DNA of 44,326 nt from a virus: the IMG/VR virus record IMGVR_UViG_3300021339_000003, positions 1-44,326 of that record; one strand, given 5' to 3'. A program made the translations under genes and the position numbers. Within the stretch, counting starts at the first letter, position 1; the number at the start of each line of letters is the position of its first letter. The notes under the pieces were generated by a model. That model was not told the origin of the DNA and ran no database searches. It saw nothing but the letters and a program-made list of their open reading frames with translations. This document shows positions 1-7,439 of the stretch, one piece after another.

Positions 1-127
1 ATGGACAGGCTGTCGAAGACAGCGAGCCAGTACCTCCTCGTTTACGGAGAGCCGGGAAAGCGAAGCGAAGCGCAGGAGCAGGTTTTCAAGGACCTTCGGC
101 AAAACGGATTCTATGACCGCCCCATGT
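1..127. repeat. terminal direct repeat, left copy (window closes on itself)
   Basis: Bases 1-127 (atggacaggctgtcgaagac...tatgaccgccccatgt) recur base-for-base at 44200-44326. An ORF runs through the junction in frame. Unique length is 44199 bp. Confidence 0.95.
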
Positions 128-282
128 TCGGGGCGTCGCCAGCGGGCACCGTTGATCCGCTCGTCCTCGCCTTCAGCGAGGGAAAGCGGGCCATGGTCCT
201 GACCATCGACAAAATGATTCTTCTGGCCACTGACCGGAAGGAATTGGAGGCCCACGTTCGCAATCAGTACACCAAGAAATAA
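1..282 (+). CDS. 3' part of junction-spanning ORF (118 aa, starts at 44125); hypothetical small head-module protein
   Basis: The frame is open from ATG 44125 to the window end and continues through the 127-bp overlap to TAA 280-282. Product is MSANARQEQLQQQLKQEHEAGLQEAMDRLSK...RNQYTKK. It lies between the portal and scaffold genes. Confidence 0.75.
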   Translation: MDRLSKTASQYLLVYGEPGKRSEAQEQVFKDLRQNGFYDRPMFGASPAGTVDPLVLAFSEGKRAMVLTIDKMILLATDRKELEAHVRNQYTKK

Positions 283-293
283 ACACACACACC

Positions 294-938
294 ATGCCAG
301 CCACAGCCACGCCAGCCGCCACCTACGAATTGCTCCCCTCGGGAGCCGTCGAGCGAATCGACCCCGACAACGGGGACCGCCTCCTCATGGCGAAGCTCGA
401 CGAGAACAACGTTCTTGATTTCGTCACCACCCACCCGAAGCAGCGGGAGATTGTGCGCCGCGTCCTGAAGGACGCCGGCCGTACTTTCACCGAGCGCACA
501 GCCGCCCAGATTGCCAAGGGACCGGCTCCCGAGACCGTCACCGTTGCGCAAGCCCGCGCCGACTGGCGCGCAGGGCTGAACCCGGAGCAGGTGAAGGCCA
601 TGATACGGCTGCGCCGGGAACAGGGATTCCCTGACGTGGTCGTCGAGACGACCACGGAGAAGTTTAGAAACGTCTCCAAACAAGGGGACAAAGACCCGGC
701 CTACGTCCTGTGGCTCCTGCGCTACAAGCCGGCCAAGTTCGCCAAGCTCTACGGCATCATTGGGCAGGCGTTTGTCATCAAGTACGACGTCAAGAAGGAC
801 CCCGAGAGCCTTGCGACGAAGAAAGTCGCCCGAAAGGAATTCTGCGTGATGACGAGACGGAAGACCCACCTGACGGAGAAGCCGAGCGTCGTTGGTGGTC
901 CCGGCACGCAATTGGGTGATGAAGGGCAGGACGAATGA
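294..938 (+). CDS. hypothetical protein (214 aa), head-module position
   Basis: ATG in a CACC-ATG context, G/C-ending codons, and an ATGA overlap with the next gene. No confident family. DPAYVLWLLRYKPAKF only faintly recalls small-terminase C-terminal motifs. Confidence 0.7.
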   Translation: MPATATPAATYELLPSGAVERIDPDNGDRLLMAKLDENNVLDFVTTHPKQREIVRRVLKDAGRTFTERTAAQIAKGPAPETVTVAQARADWRAGLNPEQVKAMIRLRREQGFPDVVVETTTEKFRNVSKQGDKDPAYVLWLLRYKPAKFAKLYGIIGQAFVIKYDVKKDPESLATKKVARKEFCVMTRRKTHLTEKPSVVGGPGTQLGDEGQDE

Positions 939-1966
939 GCGCCCCAGCCGCAGCTCCAGCGGCCCCGGCTGCCGCTCCAGCGGCTCCGGGCGGACCATCG
1001 CTCATCACGCCACAGGCTCCCGCTGCCCCCGTAGCGGGCCAAGGAAGCCCGCAAACCCCCGGAGGGGCACCAACACCGCCCCCGGCCAACGGAACGGCTC
1101 CTGTGGTTGCAGAATCGTTCTGGCGTGGCTGGATAACGGACGACGGGAAACTGAACAAGGACCGGTACGCCCATCTCCCCGAGGAGTTGAAGCCGTACCG
1201 CGAGACTCTGGAGCGCATCGGCTCTCCGGAGGACTTGCTCAAATCCTACGTCAACCACCACAAGCTCGCGCGGGAGAAGACGCTCGTTCCACCCCCTGAG
1301 GGCGCTCCCGAGGCCGACGTGAAGGCGTTCGACCAGCAATTCCGCAAAATCTTCGGCGTACCGGAGAAGCCCGAGGACTACGGCATTGCCAAGCCCGACG
1401 ACATCCCCGCCGAGATGTGGGACGCTGATTTCGTCGGCTCCATGGCCAAGGTGTTTCACGAGGAGGCCTTGACGCCCAAGCAGGTGAAGCGGCTCGTTGC
1501 CGAGAACAACAAGGCGCAGCAGGCGACCATGGCGAAGCTTCAGACGGCAGATCAGGCCCGCATTGACGGGCTGGCGCAGGAGGGAAACAAGAAGCTCAAC
1601 GCCGAATTCGGGCGTGATCGCCCGAAGATGGAAGCCCTTGCGCTGAACGTCGCCAAGTCGATGGGCATTCCCACGGAAGAGGGGAGCGAGTTCAACGGCT
1701 CGGCCGACATGATCCGCCTCGCGGCCAAGTACGCCGTCGCCATTGGCGAGGACAAATTCGTCACGGGCGAGAGCGGCAAGAATGCGGGGCTCACCCCGCA
1801 GGCCGAGCTGAAGGCCATGGTCAACGACCCGACGAACAAATACCACACGGCCCTTCACACGCCGGATGCTGCCCGCATTGGCCATCCGCTCAATGCGCTC
1901 TACCGTGAGGCTACGCGCCGGATGGATGAGCTTGCCAAACAGCAAGCGGCACAGCAGAAGAGATAA
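935..1966 (+). CDS. capsid assembly scaffolding protein (candidate)
   Basis: 343 aa directly upstream of the capsid gene. About 60 aa of Pro/Ala low complexity at the N-terminus is followed by charged helical segments (PEDYGIAKPDDIPAEMWD, FHEEALTPKQVKRLVAENNKAQQ) of the kind seen in podovirus scaffolds. An intrinsic terminator follows. Confidence 0.6.
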   Translation: MSAPAAAPAAPAAAPAAPGGPSLITPQAPAAPVAGQGSPQTPGGAPTPPPANGTAPVVAESFWRGWITDDGKLNKDRYAHLPEELKPYRETLERIGSPEDLLKSYVNHHKLAREKTLVPPPEGAPEADVKAFDQQFRKIFGVPEKPEDYGIAKPDDIPAEMWDADFVGSMAKVFHEEALTPKQVKRLVAENNKAQQATMAKLQTADQARIDGLAQEGNKKLNAEFGRDRPKMEALALNVAKSMGIPTEEGSEFNGSADMIRLAAKYAVAIGEDKFVTGESGKNAGLTPQAELKAMVNDPTNKYHTALHTPDAARIGHPLNALYREATRRMDELAKQQAAQQKR

Positions 1967-2024
1967 CAGCAGGCCACCGTTCACTTCGGTGCAGCGTGTT
2001 GCCGGCCCGGCTTAAGGGCAAAAC

Positions 2025-2062
2025 GCCCGCGTTCGCCGGAATGGTGACGCGGGCTTTTTGTT
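2025..2062 (+). terminator. rho-independent terminator between scaffold and capsid genes
   Basis: An 8-bp GC stem, GCCCGCGT (2025-2032) / ACGCGGGC (2047-2054), is followed directly by TTTTTGTT. Confidence 0.75.
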
Positions 2063-2229
2063 GACAGAGTACGTCTGACGGCGCATTTCACGGCTCAGAG
2101 ACGGAGAGACCAGCCTACCCGCGCAAGCGGCCCTGAGTCACCCGCCACTTCCACCCACCGAAGTGCGGCCCCGCGTGTAACGCGGCTTACCCACGCAGAG
2201 GGATCTCAGGTCAGTCGATCCTATCCGTC

Positions 2230-3141
2230 ATGCCCGCAGCCGCCAGCTTCCCGTTGGAAGCCTACACCATCAAGTACGAGTTGGCTTGGGACATTGCGTT
2301 CCAACAGCAGAACTCCGACCTCCGCAATTCCGTCACCAACGTGGACGCCTCGGGCGAACGCGTTCACGGCAACATCCTCGATGCTGTCGAAATGGTGGAC
2401 ATCACCACCCGCGCCGGGGACACCGTTGTCTCGGACATGGGTGAGGACTCGTGGAACTTCTTCCCCAATCCTGTCGCCAACGCCATTCGCCTCGACCAGT
2501 ACGACGAAGCGTACCTTGGCGTCATCACGCAGCCCAATTCGGAAATCGCCAGCTCGCAGGCCTACGCCGTCAACCGCTTCCTTGACGAGATCATCGTTGC
2601 AGCGGCAACGGGCATCGCCCAGCGCGGCAAGAACGGCACCGATGCCGTCTCGCTTCCCGCCGCCCAGATCATCGCCGCCAACTACAACGGCGACGGTGTG
2701 AGCCCGCAGAACACGGGCCTTACGTGGATGAAGATTTCGCAGGCTCAGTACCTCCTCTCCACAGCGGAAGTTCCCACTGATGGCCGCACGCTCGTCACCA
2801 ATGCCTCGGGGCTCAAGTCGCTCATTCAGGACATCATCACCAATCACTCGGCCGAGGTTTCCTCGATCAAGGAATTGGGCCGTGGTCTCCTGCAAAATGG
2901 CCTGATGGACTTCACGTTCATCCAGACCGAACGCATCGCGGTGTCCGCTGGCGACGTCGCCAGCAACCTCGCGTATCACAAGAGCGCGATCAAGTTCGGC
3001 ATGTGGGGAGATCGGGCGACCTTCATGGACCGCCTGCCCACCAAGAATCAGGCGCTCCAGATTTACACGCGCGCCAACGCGGGAGCCACACGCGCCAAGG
3101 ACACGGGCGTAGTAGAGATTTTATGTGATCAATCACCTTGA
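2230..3141 (+). CDS. major capsid protein (candidate)
   Basis: 303 aa, the first gene after the scaffold. It is preceded by a terminator plus a ~170-nt leader, and followed (after one small gene) by a strong terminator, which is the T7 gene-10 position. Very high G/C third-position bias. Family not verified by search. Confidence 0.7.
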   Translation: MPAAASFPLEAYTIKYELAWDIAFQQQNSDLRNSVTNVDASGERVHGNILDAVEMVDITTRAGDTVVSDMGEDSWNFFPNPVANAIRLDQYDEAYLGVITQPNSEIASSQAYAVNRFLDEIIVAAATGIAQRGKNGTDAVSLPAAQIIAANYNGDGVSPQNTGLTWMKISQAQYLLSTAEVPTDGRTLVTNASGLKSLIQDIITNHSAEVSSIKELGRGLLQNGLMDFTFIQTERIAVSAGDVASNLAYHKSAIKFGMWGDRATFMDRLPTKNQALQIYTRANAGATRAKDTGVVEILCDQSP

Positions 3142-3185
3142 GACTCGCCTGACCTAAACCACAACAATCACGCGAGAACACTCAC

Positions 3186-3671
3186 ATGCCCGACACTTTT
3201 TACTCAGACCTCTATCCGGCTGGCGCAGTCCCGAACGGCGCACAGCTTCCGGACGCCGGCCCCATCGAATCCAAGGTGCATTGCACGAAGGTGCGGTACA
3301 CCTTCACAGGCACCGAGGCCGCTTCGGACATCATCCGCCTCTTCGAGCTGCCTGCCGGTGCGACCATCCTGCCGAAGATTTCATCCGTGCAGGTGATCGT
3401 GGACGCGGCCTCAGGAGCCTTCACGCTGGACGTTGGCGACGAGGACACCCTCGCGCCGTCGCCCATCGTGGACTCCGACGCCGATCGTTACGCCGACGGG
3501 ATCAACGTCGCCTCAGCGGGGGACGTCCCGTTCACGGCCGGTGCAGCCGCCACGGTGCTCTACGCGCTCAACGAGCAATGCTGGATCACGGCAACCTTCG
3601 CGACCCTCGCCACGCCCATTGACGGTGGAATCCTCGATTTCATCATCTACTGGCGCGAGCCGTCGTCCTGA
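3186..3671 (+). CDS. hypothetical virion protein, possible capsid decoration/minor capsid protein
   Basis: 161-aa Ala/Thr/Asp-rich ORF between the capsid gene and the strong terminator at 3750-3790, so it is co-transcribed with the capsid gene. A CGCCCC-GAAA-GGGGCG hairpin (3678-3693) follows the stop. Confidence 0.5.
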   Translation: MPDTFYSDLYPAGAVPNGAQLPDAGPIESKVHCTKVRYTFTGTEAASDIIRLFELPAGATILPKISSVQVIVDAASGAFTLDVGDEDTLAPSPIVDSDADRYADGINVASAGDVPFTAGAAATVLYALNEQCWITATFATLATPIDGGILDFIIYWREPSS

Positions 3672-3749
3672 TTTGGTCGCCCCGAAAGGGGCGCGGATTG
3701 AAACCTGACTTGGTGCTGACCTGCGCTGGTGTTAATCTGACATGGTGTT

Positions 3750-3790
3750 GGCCGGCGCTGGTGTTCCCGGCGTCGGCCTTCTTCTTTTCC
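3750..3790 (+). terminator. strong rho-independent terminator after the capsid block (T7 T-phi-like position)
   Basis: 12-bp stem 3750-3761 / 3767-3778 (GGCCGGCGCTGG ... CCCGGCGTCGGCC, two G-T wobbles) with a 5-nt loop, followed by TTCTTCTTTTCC. Confidence 0.8.
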
Positions 3791-3794
3791 TCCT

Positions 3795-4451
3795 GTGACG
3801 AGATTAGAATTCACAAACTCAGCTCTCGCGATCATCGGCGAAGTGCCCATCGACGACGTTGACCAAGCGGTGCCACGGGCACAGCGCGCCAATGCCGTTT
3901 TCCTGCCGCTCCTAGGCCGTTTCCTGCGGGAATTCCCGTGGAACTGGGCTCAGACAAGGGTCGTGCTTGAGCCGGCCTCCCCCGTGCCGCTATTCGAGTG
4001 GTCTGAACGCTACGAGTTGCCGGAGAACTTCGTCACGCTCGTTCAGGTCAATGGTGTGTCCTGTGGTCCCACCAAGGTGGGGGGCATTTACCAGATCGAA
4101 GGGACCAACCTGCTCCTTCAGGCGTCCACCGCGCAGATTCAATTCGTCTATCGTCCGATCGCGGAATCTGAAGTCGATCCGTTCTTGGCTCTCATGGACC
4201 CGTTGTCCGCAGACGCGTTTACTGTTTTGCTGGCATCGAAACTCGCAAACCCACTCGCTCGCGACTCAAACAGTCTGGGTCAGGCGTTGTATCAGCAGTA
4301 CATGAACGCCGATCTTCCGCGCGCACGCACGAAGAATGCCCAAGAGTCCAAGTTGCCAGTTTATCCTGCCGCCATCGATTCACGATCGATCAGAGCGCGA
4401 TCAGTTTGGGGCGGCGGAAGCGGCGTCTATCCCGGAATTTCCGACCTCTGA
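3795..4451 (+). CDS. head-to-tail adaptor / tail tubular protein A (T7 gp11-like)
   Basis: GTG start just after the terminator. From memory, the N-terminus TNSALAIIGEVPIDDVD...RANAVF...FPWNWA parallels the NDILASIGEPPVSTLE...ANARRIL...GWTFN start of T7 gp11. 218 aa. Precedes the nozzle genes. Confidence 0.65.
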   Translation: MTRLEFTNSALAIIGEVPIDDVDQAVPRAQRANAVFLPLLGRFLREFPWNWAQTRVVLEPASPVPLFEWSERYELPENFVTLVQVNGVSCGPTKVGGIYQIEGTNLLLQASTAQIQFVYRPIAESEVDPFLALMDPLSADAFTVLLASKLANPLARDSNSLGQALYQQYMNADLPRARTKNAQESKLPVYPAAIDSRSIRARSVWGGGSGVYPGISDL

Positions 4452-4494
4452 TCTTGTTGCCCCATCAACCGCACGTTGTCAGCGTAGCCCTACC

Positions 4495-4989
4495 ATGAAA
4501 CCAATTCCGGGATACGAAGGGCGCTACTCAATCGACGAAGACGGTCGCGTCTGGTCTCACATCAGCGGGATTTTTCTCGGCCCAGATACACACAAGGATG
4601 GCCGAAAGCTCGTTGAGCTTTACGCAGTGGGTAAGTCCAAAAAGCTGCAAATCTCGCGATTGATGGGGCTGACGTTTCTTGGAATGAAGCCAGAGCAGGA
4701 GATTGACCACAAGGACCGCGACAAGGGGAATGACACCCTCGGTAATCTGCGGATAGCGACCGTCTCACAGAATAATGCCAACCGTGGACGCCCGAAAAAC
4801 AACAAGTCGGGGTTCAAGGGTGTTTCATGGCGGCGAACAGCGAAAAAGTGGGCCGCGCACATTAAGCGCGCACCTGATCGCCAAAGACTGATCGGTCTTT
4901 TCGATCGTCCAGAAGATGCGGCGGCGGCGTACGACGCTGAGGCGCGCCGCCTATTTGGGGAGTTCGCTGCCACCAACGGCGCGAACTGA
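4495..4989 (+). CDS. HNH homing endonuclease with NUMOD4-like N-terminus and AP2 DNA-binding domain
   Basis: Motifs GYEGRYSIDEDGRVWS, IDHKDRDKGNDTLGNLRIATVSQNNANR (HNH) and SGFKGVSWRRTAKKWAAHI...LIGLFDRPEDAAAAYDAEARRLFGEFA (AP2). Visibly more A/T-ending codons than its neighbours. The longer track ORF from 4336 overlaps the adaptor gene, so I use ATG 4495. Confidence 0.9.
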   Translation: MKPIPGYEGRYSIDEDGRVWSHISGIFLGPDTHKDGRKLVELYAVGKSKKLQISRLMGLTFLGMKPEQEIDHKDRDKGNDTLGNLRIATVSQNNANRGRPKNNKSGFKGVSWRRTAKKWAAHIKRAPDRQRLIGLFDRPEDAAAAYDAEARRLFGEFAATNGAN

Positions 4990-4992
4990 GCC

Positions 4993-5190
4993 ATGGGCGC
5001 AGCCCGTTCCGGAACTGTGCTCGTTTCGTTCAACAGCGGAATTATCAACCCGCGTCTCGACACGCGTGCGGATTTGCAGCGTGCGCAGTCGTCAGCTCGT
5101 GAGCTGAAAAACTTCCGGGTTGAGGTTCACGGGCGCGTGACGCGTCGTGCGGGCACACAAATGATCGCACCGGCCAAGGTGGTGTCATGA
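4993..5190 (+). CDS. free-standing copy of the nozzle N-terminal module (65 aa); possibly a relic fragment
   Basis: RSGTVLVSFNSGIINPRLDTRADLQRAQSSARELKNFRVEVHGRVTRRAGTQ aligns without gaps to residues 5-56 of the next ORF at about half identity. TGA-GCC-ATG junction with the HNH gene and ATGA overlap with the next gene. Arg codons are 7 CGT of 9, versus 0 CGT in the paralogous segment. Confidence 0.6.
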   Translation: MGAARSGTVLVSFNSGIINPRLDTRADLQRAQSSARELKNFRVEVHGRVTRRAGTQMIAPAKVVS

Positions 5191-7436
5191 GCCGCGTTCG
5201 CTCCGGGAAAGTGCTCGTTTCCTTCGGCTCCGGCATCTTCGCGCCCGACCTCGACAGCCGCACAGACCTCGACAGCGCGGCCAGCGCCGTGCGGGAAATG
5301 AAGAATTTCCGCAGCGATATATTCGGCGGCGCTAATCGCCGCGCCGGCCTTCAGTTCGTCGCTGCCGTCCGCGTTCCCGTGCCGTTCGACTACGTGAGCT
5401 ACGAAGGCAGCGGCACCATTTACGGGATCACAGAATTCGGGGACCTCTCCGACCCACCCCGCAAATACCTGCTCCTCGAAAGCAACAAGGCAGCCGTGGC
5501 ACGACGCGCCACACAGCTTGCACCCGATATCATTGCCGCGTGGAACCTCAACAGTTCGGCCTACGAGAACACGGCCGGAACGCGCATCGAGCAAATCTCG
5601 TTCGTTGGTGGCAATGTCACCTCCGGGGCCCTGACCGACGTGCCCGGCCAGCTCGGTTCAGCCAGCCTCGAAACCCTCGACGGCAACCAGAATTCATTTG
5701 AGGACGTGGTGGAGCCCACCGACTGGCTCCCGTACCCGCCCGTCTGGACGCGCAACAAGACGGAGAAGCATTTCGATGTCACCTCGCTGGACATGCCGTC
5801 GGGAGAGACGCGCTACCTCTATCACATCGCCAATTCATTCCTGCGCATCGGCGGCAACCAAGGGACAGCCCGCGGCCTTGGCGTTCGTGAACCCACCTTC
5901 GTCACGGACCACTGGGAAATGATCGTGGACGTGGGCGGGGACGGCGTGAACCTTGGAACGGCCATCGGGCCCTCCTGCTATTGCAAAATTGCCAACGGAA
6001 ACGCCGATCCCGGTACCGTCGCATCAACGGACTTCTTCATCGGCAAGGCCGACAACGTACCAGCCAATTCCGGACCGTGCTTCGGGAGCTTCGCCCTTTC
6101 GCTGCCGCCCAATTGCTCCGTGCGTTTCATGGTCCATCGGGACGTGGACGATCAGGTGCCGCAGCAAATCGGCACCGTTTACAGCGGGGGCACAGGCAGT
6201 CCGTCGGGCCTGACAGATGCCGCCTATGACGGCTGGCTTTACCTTCCCGCGACGGACGCCCTCCCATGGAAATATCAGGAACGCCTCGCCAACGAGGACA
6301 CCATGGAGGCGGCGCTCATTCGTGGCGCTGTTCCCTCCGGCACAGCCGACACAGCCGAGACGACGGCGTACACAGGCGGCATCACGGCCGAATCCGTCGT
6401 TCCCATCACGTTTACCGCGCGCACGTCGCGTGTCTTCAAAACCTTCACGGGCCTTATCACTGGCCACCGCTACGAATGGACCGTCAACCTGAGGACGTCG
6501 CTTCTTCCGGCCGGCGCTCCCGTCGATTCCTCGGTGAGCTTTCAATTCGTGGCGTCCTCGTCCGTCAAAGCCGTCAGCTATTTAATGCAGGCCCCCGTTG
6601 GTTACCGCCAGCGCACGCTTGGCTTCGCGATCGACGATCTCGGGCCTGAGCCCGTGACGCCAACCTACGAGAGCGAGACGCTTATTGCCTATGGCAAGGT
6701 GCTCGACGCCGGTTCCACGTGGAACAACGCGGCTCTGACGCTCGCGAACAATTTCGTTCTCGGGCTGAAATCGGCGCTCGGGGCCTCGTTCTCGAAGATC
6801 AACTATCTGCTCCCGTTCATCGGCCCCGACCTAGCAGCGGGTCTTGTCCCGCTGCTCGATCCGAGCAACGCGGGGCTCCCGACAAACATCGCCTTCGTAA
6901 ACGGCGACTTCTCGCAGACGACGGGCCTGACGGGCAACGGCACAACCAAGCGCCTTGTCCTCAGCCTGACGCCGAACATCCTCGGAGCGGCCCAGAATGG
7001 CGGTTACGGCGTGGACGCCCTCGCCATCGGCTCCACGGGCGAGCCCATGGGCTGCTACAACGCCGGAGCCGGCGGATATTTCGTCATCAGCTTCAACTAC
7101 GGCGTTTCGACCATCTTCTATTGGGGCAACCCGGGCAATCCTGCCACCCAAGCCGTGGCTCCGTCCGCTGGCTTCTACCTTGGCCAGCGTTCAGCCGCCA
7201 CGCTGCGCACGCTCTACAAGAACGGCGCGAGTGTCGCGACCAACACGACCAACGACACAGCCTCCGGCGGTGGTTCGCCCATCAACGTCATGTCCTCCAA
7301 AGACCCGGACGACGTGCCGTACTTCTGGAATGGTCGCGCGAGCCTCTTCCTGACGACAGACGGCAGTTTGACCGGCCCCGAGGTTTCTGCCCTAAACACG
7401 GTGGTTGCGGCGTTCCGCACAGCCGCAGGCCGCTAA
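5187..7436 (+). CDS. tail protein: nozzle-type N-terminal module fused to a large beta-rich region and a C-terminal LamG/ConA-like domain (receptor-binding protein candidate)
   Basis: The N-terminus RSGKVLVSFGSGIFAPDLDSRTDLDSAASAVREMKNFRSDIFGGANRRAGLQ is paralogous to the ORF at 4993. The C-terminal ~200 aa (GFYLGQRSAATLRTLYKNG...WNGRASLFLTTDGSLTGPEVSALNTVVAAFRTAAGR) matches, from memory, lectin-type jelly-roll domains at the ends of phage fibres. Confidence 0.55.
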   Translation: MSRVRSGKVLVSFGSGIFAPDLDSRTDLDSAASAVREMKNFRSDIFGGANRRAGLQFVAAVRVPVPFDYVSYEGSGTIYGITEFGDLSDPPRKYLLLESNKAAVARRATQLAPDIIAAWNLNSSAYENTAGTRIEQISFVGGNVTSGALTDVPGQLGSASLETLDGNQNSFEDVVEPTDWLPYPPVWTRNKTEKHFDVTSLDMPSGETRYLYHIANSFLRIGGNQGTARGLGVREPTFVTDHWEMIVDVGGDGVNLGTAIGPSCYCKIANGNADPGTVASTDFFIGKADNVPANSGPCFGSFALSLPPNCSVRFMVHRDVDDQVPQQIGTVYSGGTGSPSGLTDAAYDGWLYLPATDALPWKYQERLANEDTMEAALIRGAVPSGTADTAETTAYTGGITAESVVPITFTARTSRVFKTFTGLITGHRYEWTVNLRTSLLPAGAPVDSSVSFQFVASSSVKAVSYLMQAPVGYRQRTLGFAIDDLGPEPVTPTYESETLIAYGKVLDAGSTWNNAALTLANNFVLGLKSALGASFSKINYLLPFIGPDLAAGLVPLLDPSNAGLPTNIAFVNGDFSQTTGLTGNGTTKRLVLSLTPNILGAAQNGGYGVDALAIGSTGEPMGCYNAGAGGYFVISFNYGVSTIFYWGNPGNPATQAVAPSAGFYLGQRSAATLRTLYKNGASVATNTTNDTASGGGSPINVMSSKDPDDVPYFWNGRASLFLTTDGSLTGPEVSALNTVVAAFRTAAGR

Positions 7437-7439
7437 CCC

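Noticed and set aside
1-127. The 127-bp terminal repeat as a genuine T7-like direct terminal repeat.
   Set aside because: It lies inside a coding sequence, and its length equals a common maximal assembler k-mer. It is more parsimoniously an assembly overlap of a circular or permuted genome, though this cannot be settled without reads.
294-938. ORF 294-938 as a second small terminase, based on the motif DPAYVLWLLRYKPAKF.
   Set aside because: It rests on a single weak motif. ORF 32889-33533 has a much better HTH-plus-coiled-coil small-terminase pattern, and the two 214-aa proteins do not align with each other.
938-1100. Repetitive GCN/CCN stretch that could be mistaken for a tandem repeat or array. 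Similar stretches occur at 34560-34600, 37290-37350 and 42200-42260.
   Set aside because: These are in-frame Pro/Ala (or Gly) low-complexity linkers within ORFs. There is no unit periodicity with spacers, so they are not CRISPR-like.
749-1984. Long antisense or off-frame ORFs opposite confirmed genes. Examples: 749-1984 (-), 7392-8180 (-), 8424-9191 (-), 12868-13848 (-), 36745-38097 (-), 39347-39964 (-), 42381-43061 (-), and many 60-180-aa ORFs in alternative frames.
   Set aside because: These are typical shadow ORFs of G+C-rich DNA. Their translations are Arg/Gly/Pro/Ala-rich with no motifs, and each lies entirely inside a gene that has clear family motifs, operon coupling and strong third-position G/C bias.
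2061-2066. TTGACA hexamers at 2061 and 31301, and TTGACC at 32851 and on the - strand at 31257-31262, as sigma70 -35 boxes.
   Set aside because: None has a convincing TATAAT-like -10 at 16-18 nt. The best are CATTTC, CCGCTT, TAGGTT with a 19-nt spacer, and TAAAAA with a 23-nt spacer. The host promoter consensus is unknown, so I made no promoter calls.
1982-2165. 10-bp inverted repeat CACTTCGGTG (1982-1991) / CACCGAAGTG (2156-2165) bracketing the scaffold-capsid intergenic region.
   Set aside because: Several 10-bp inverted repeats within 200 nt are expected by chance in 44 kb, and this one does not extend. I did not call it a feature.
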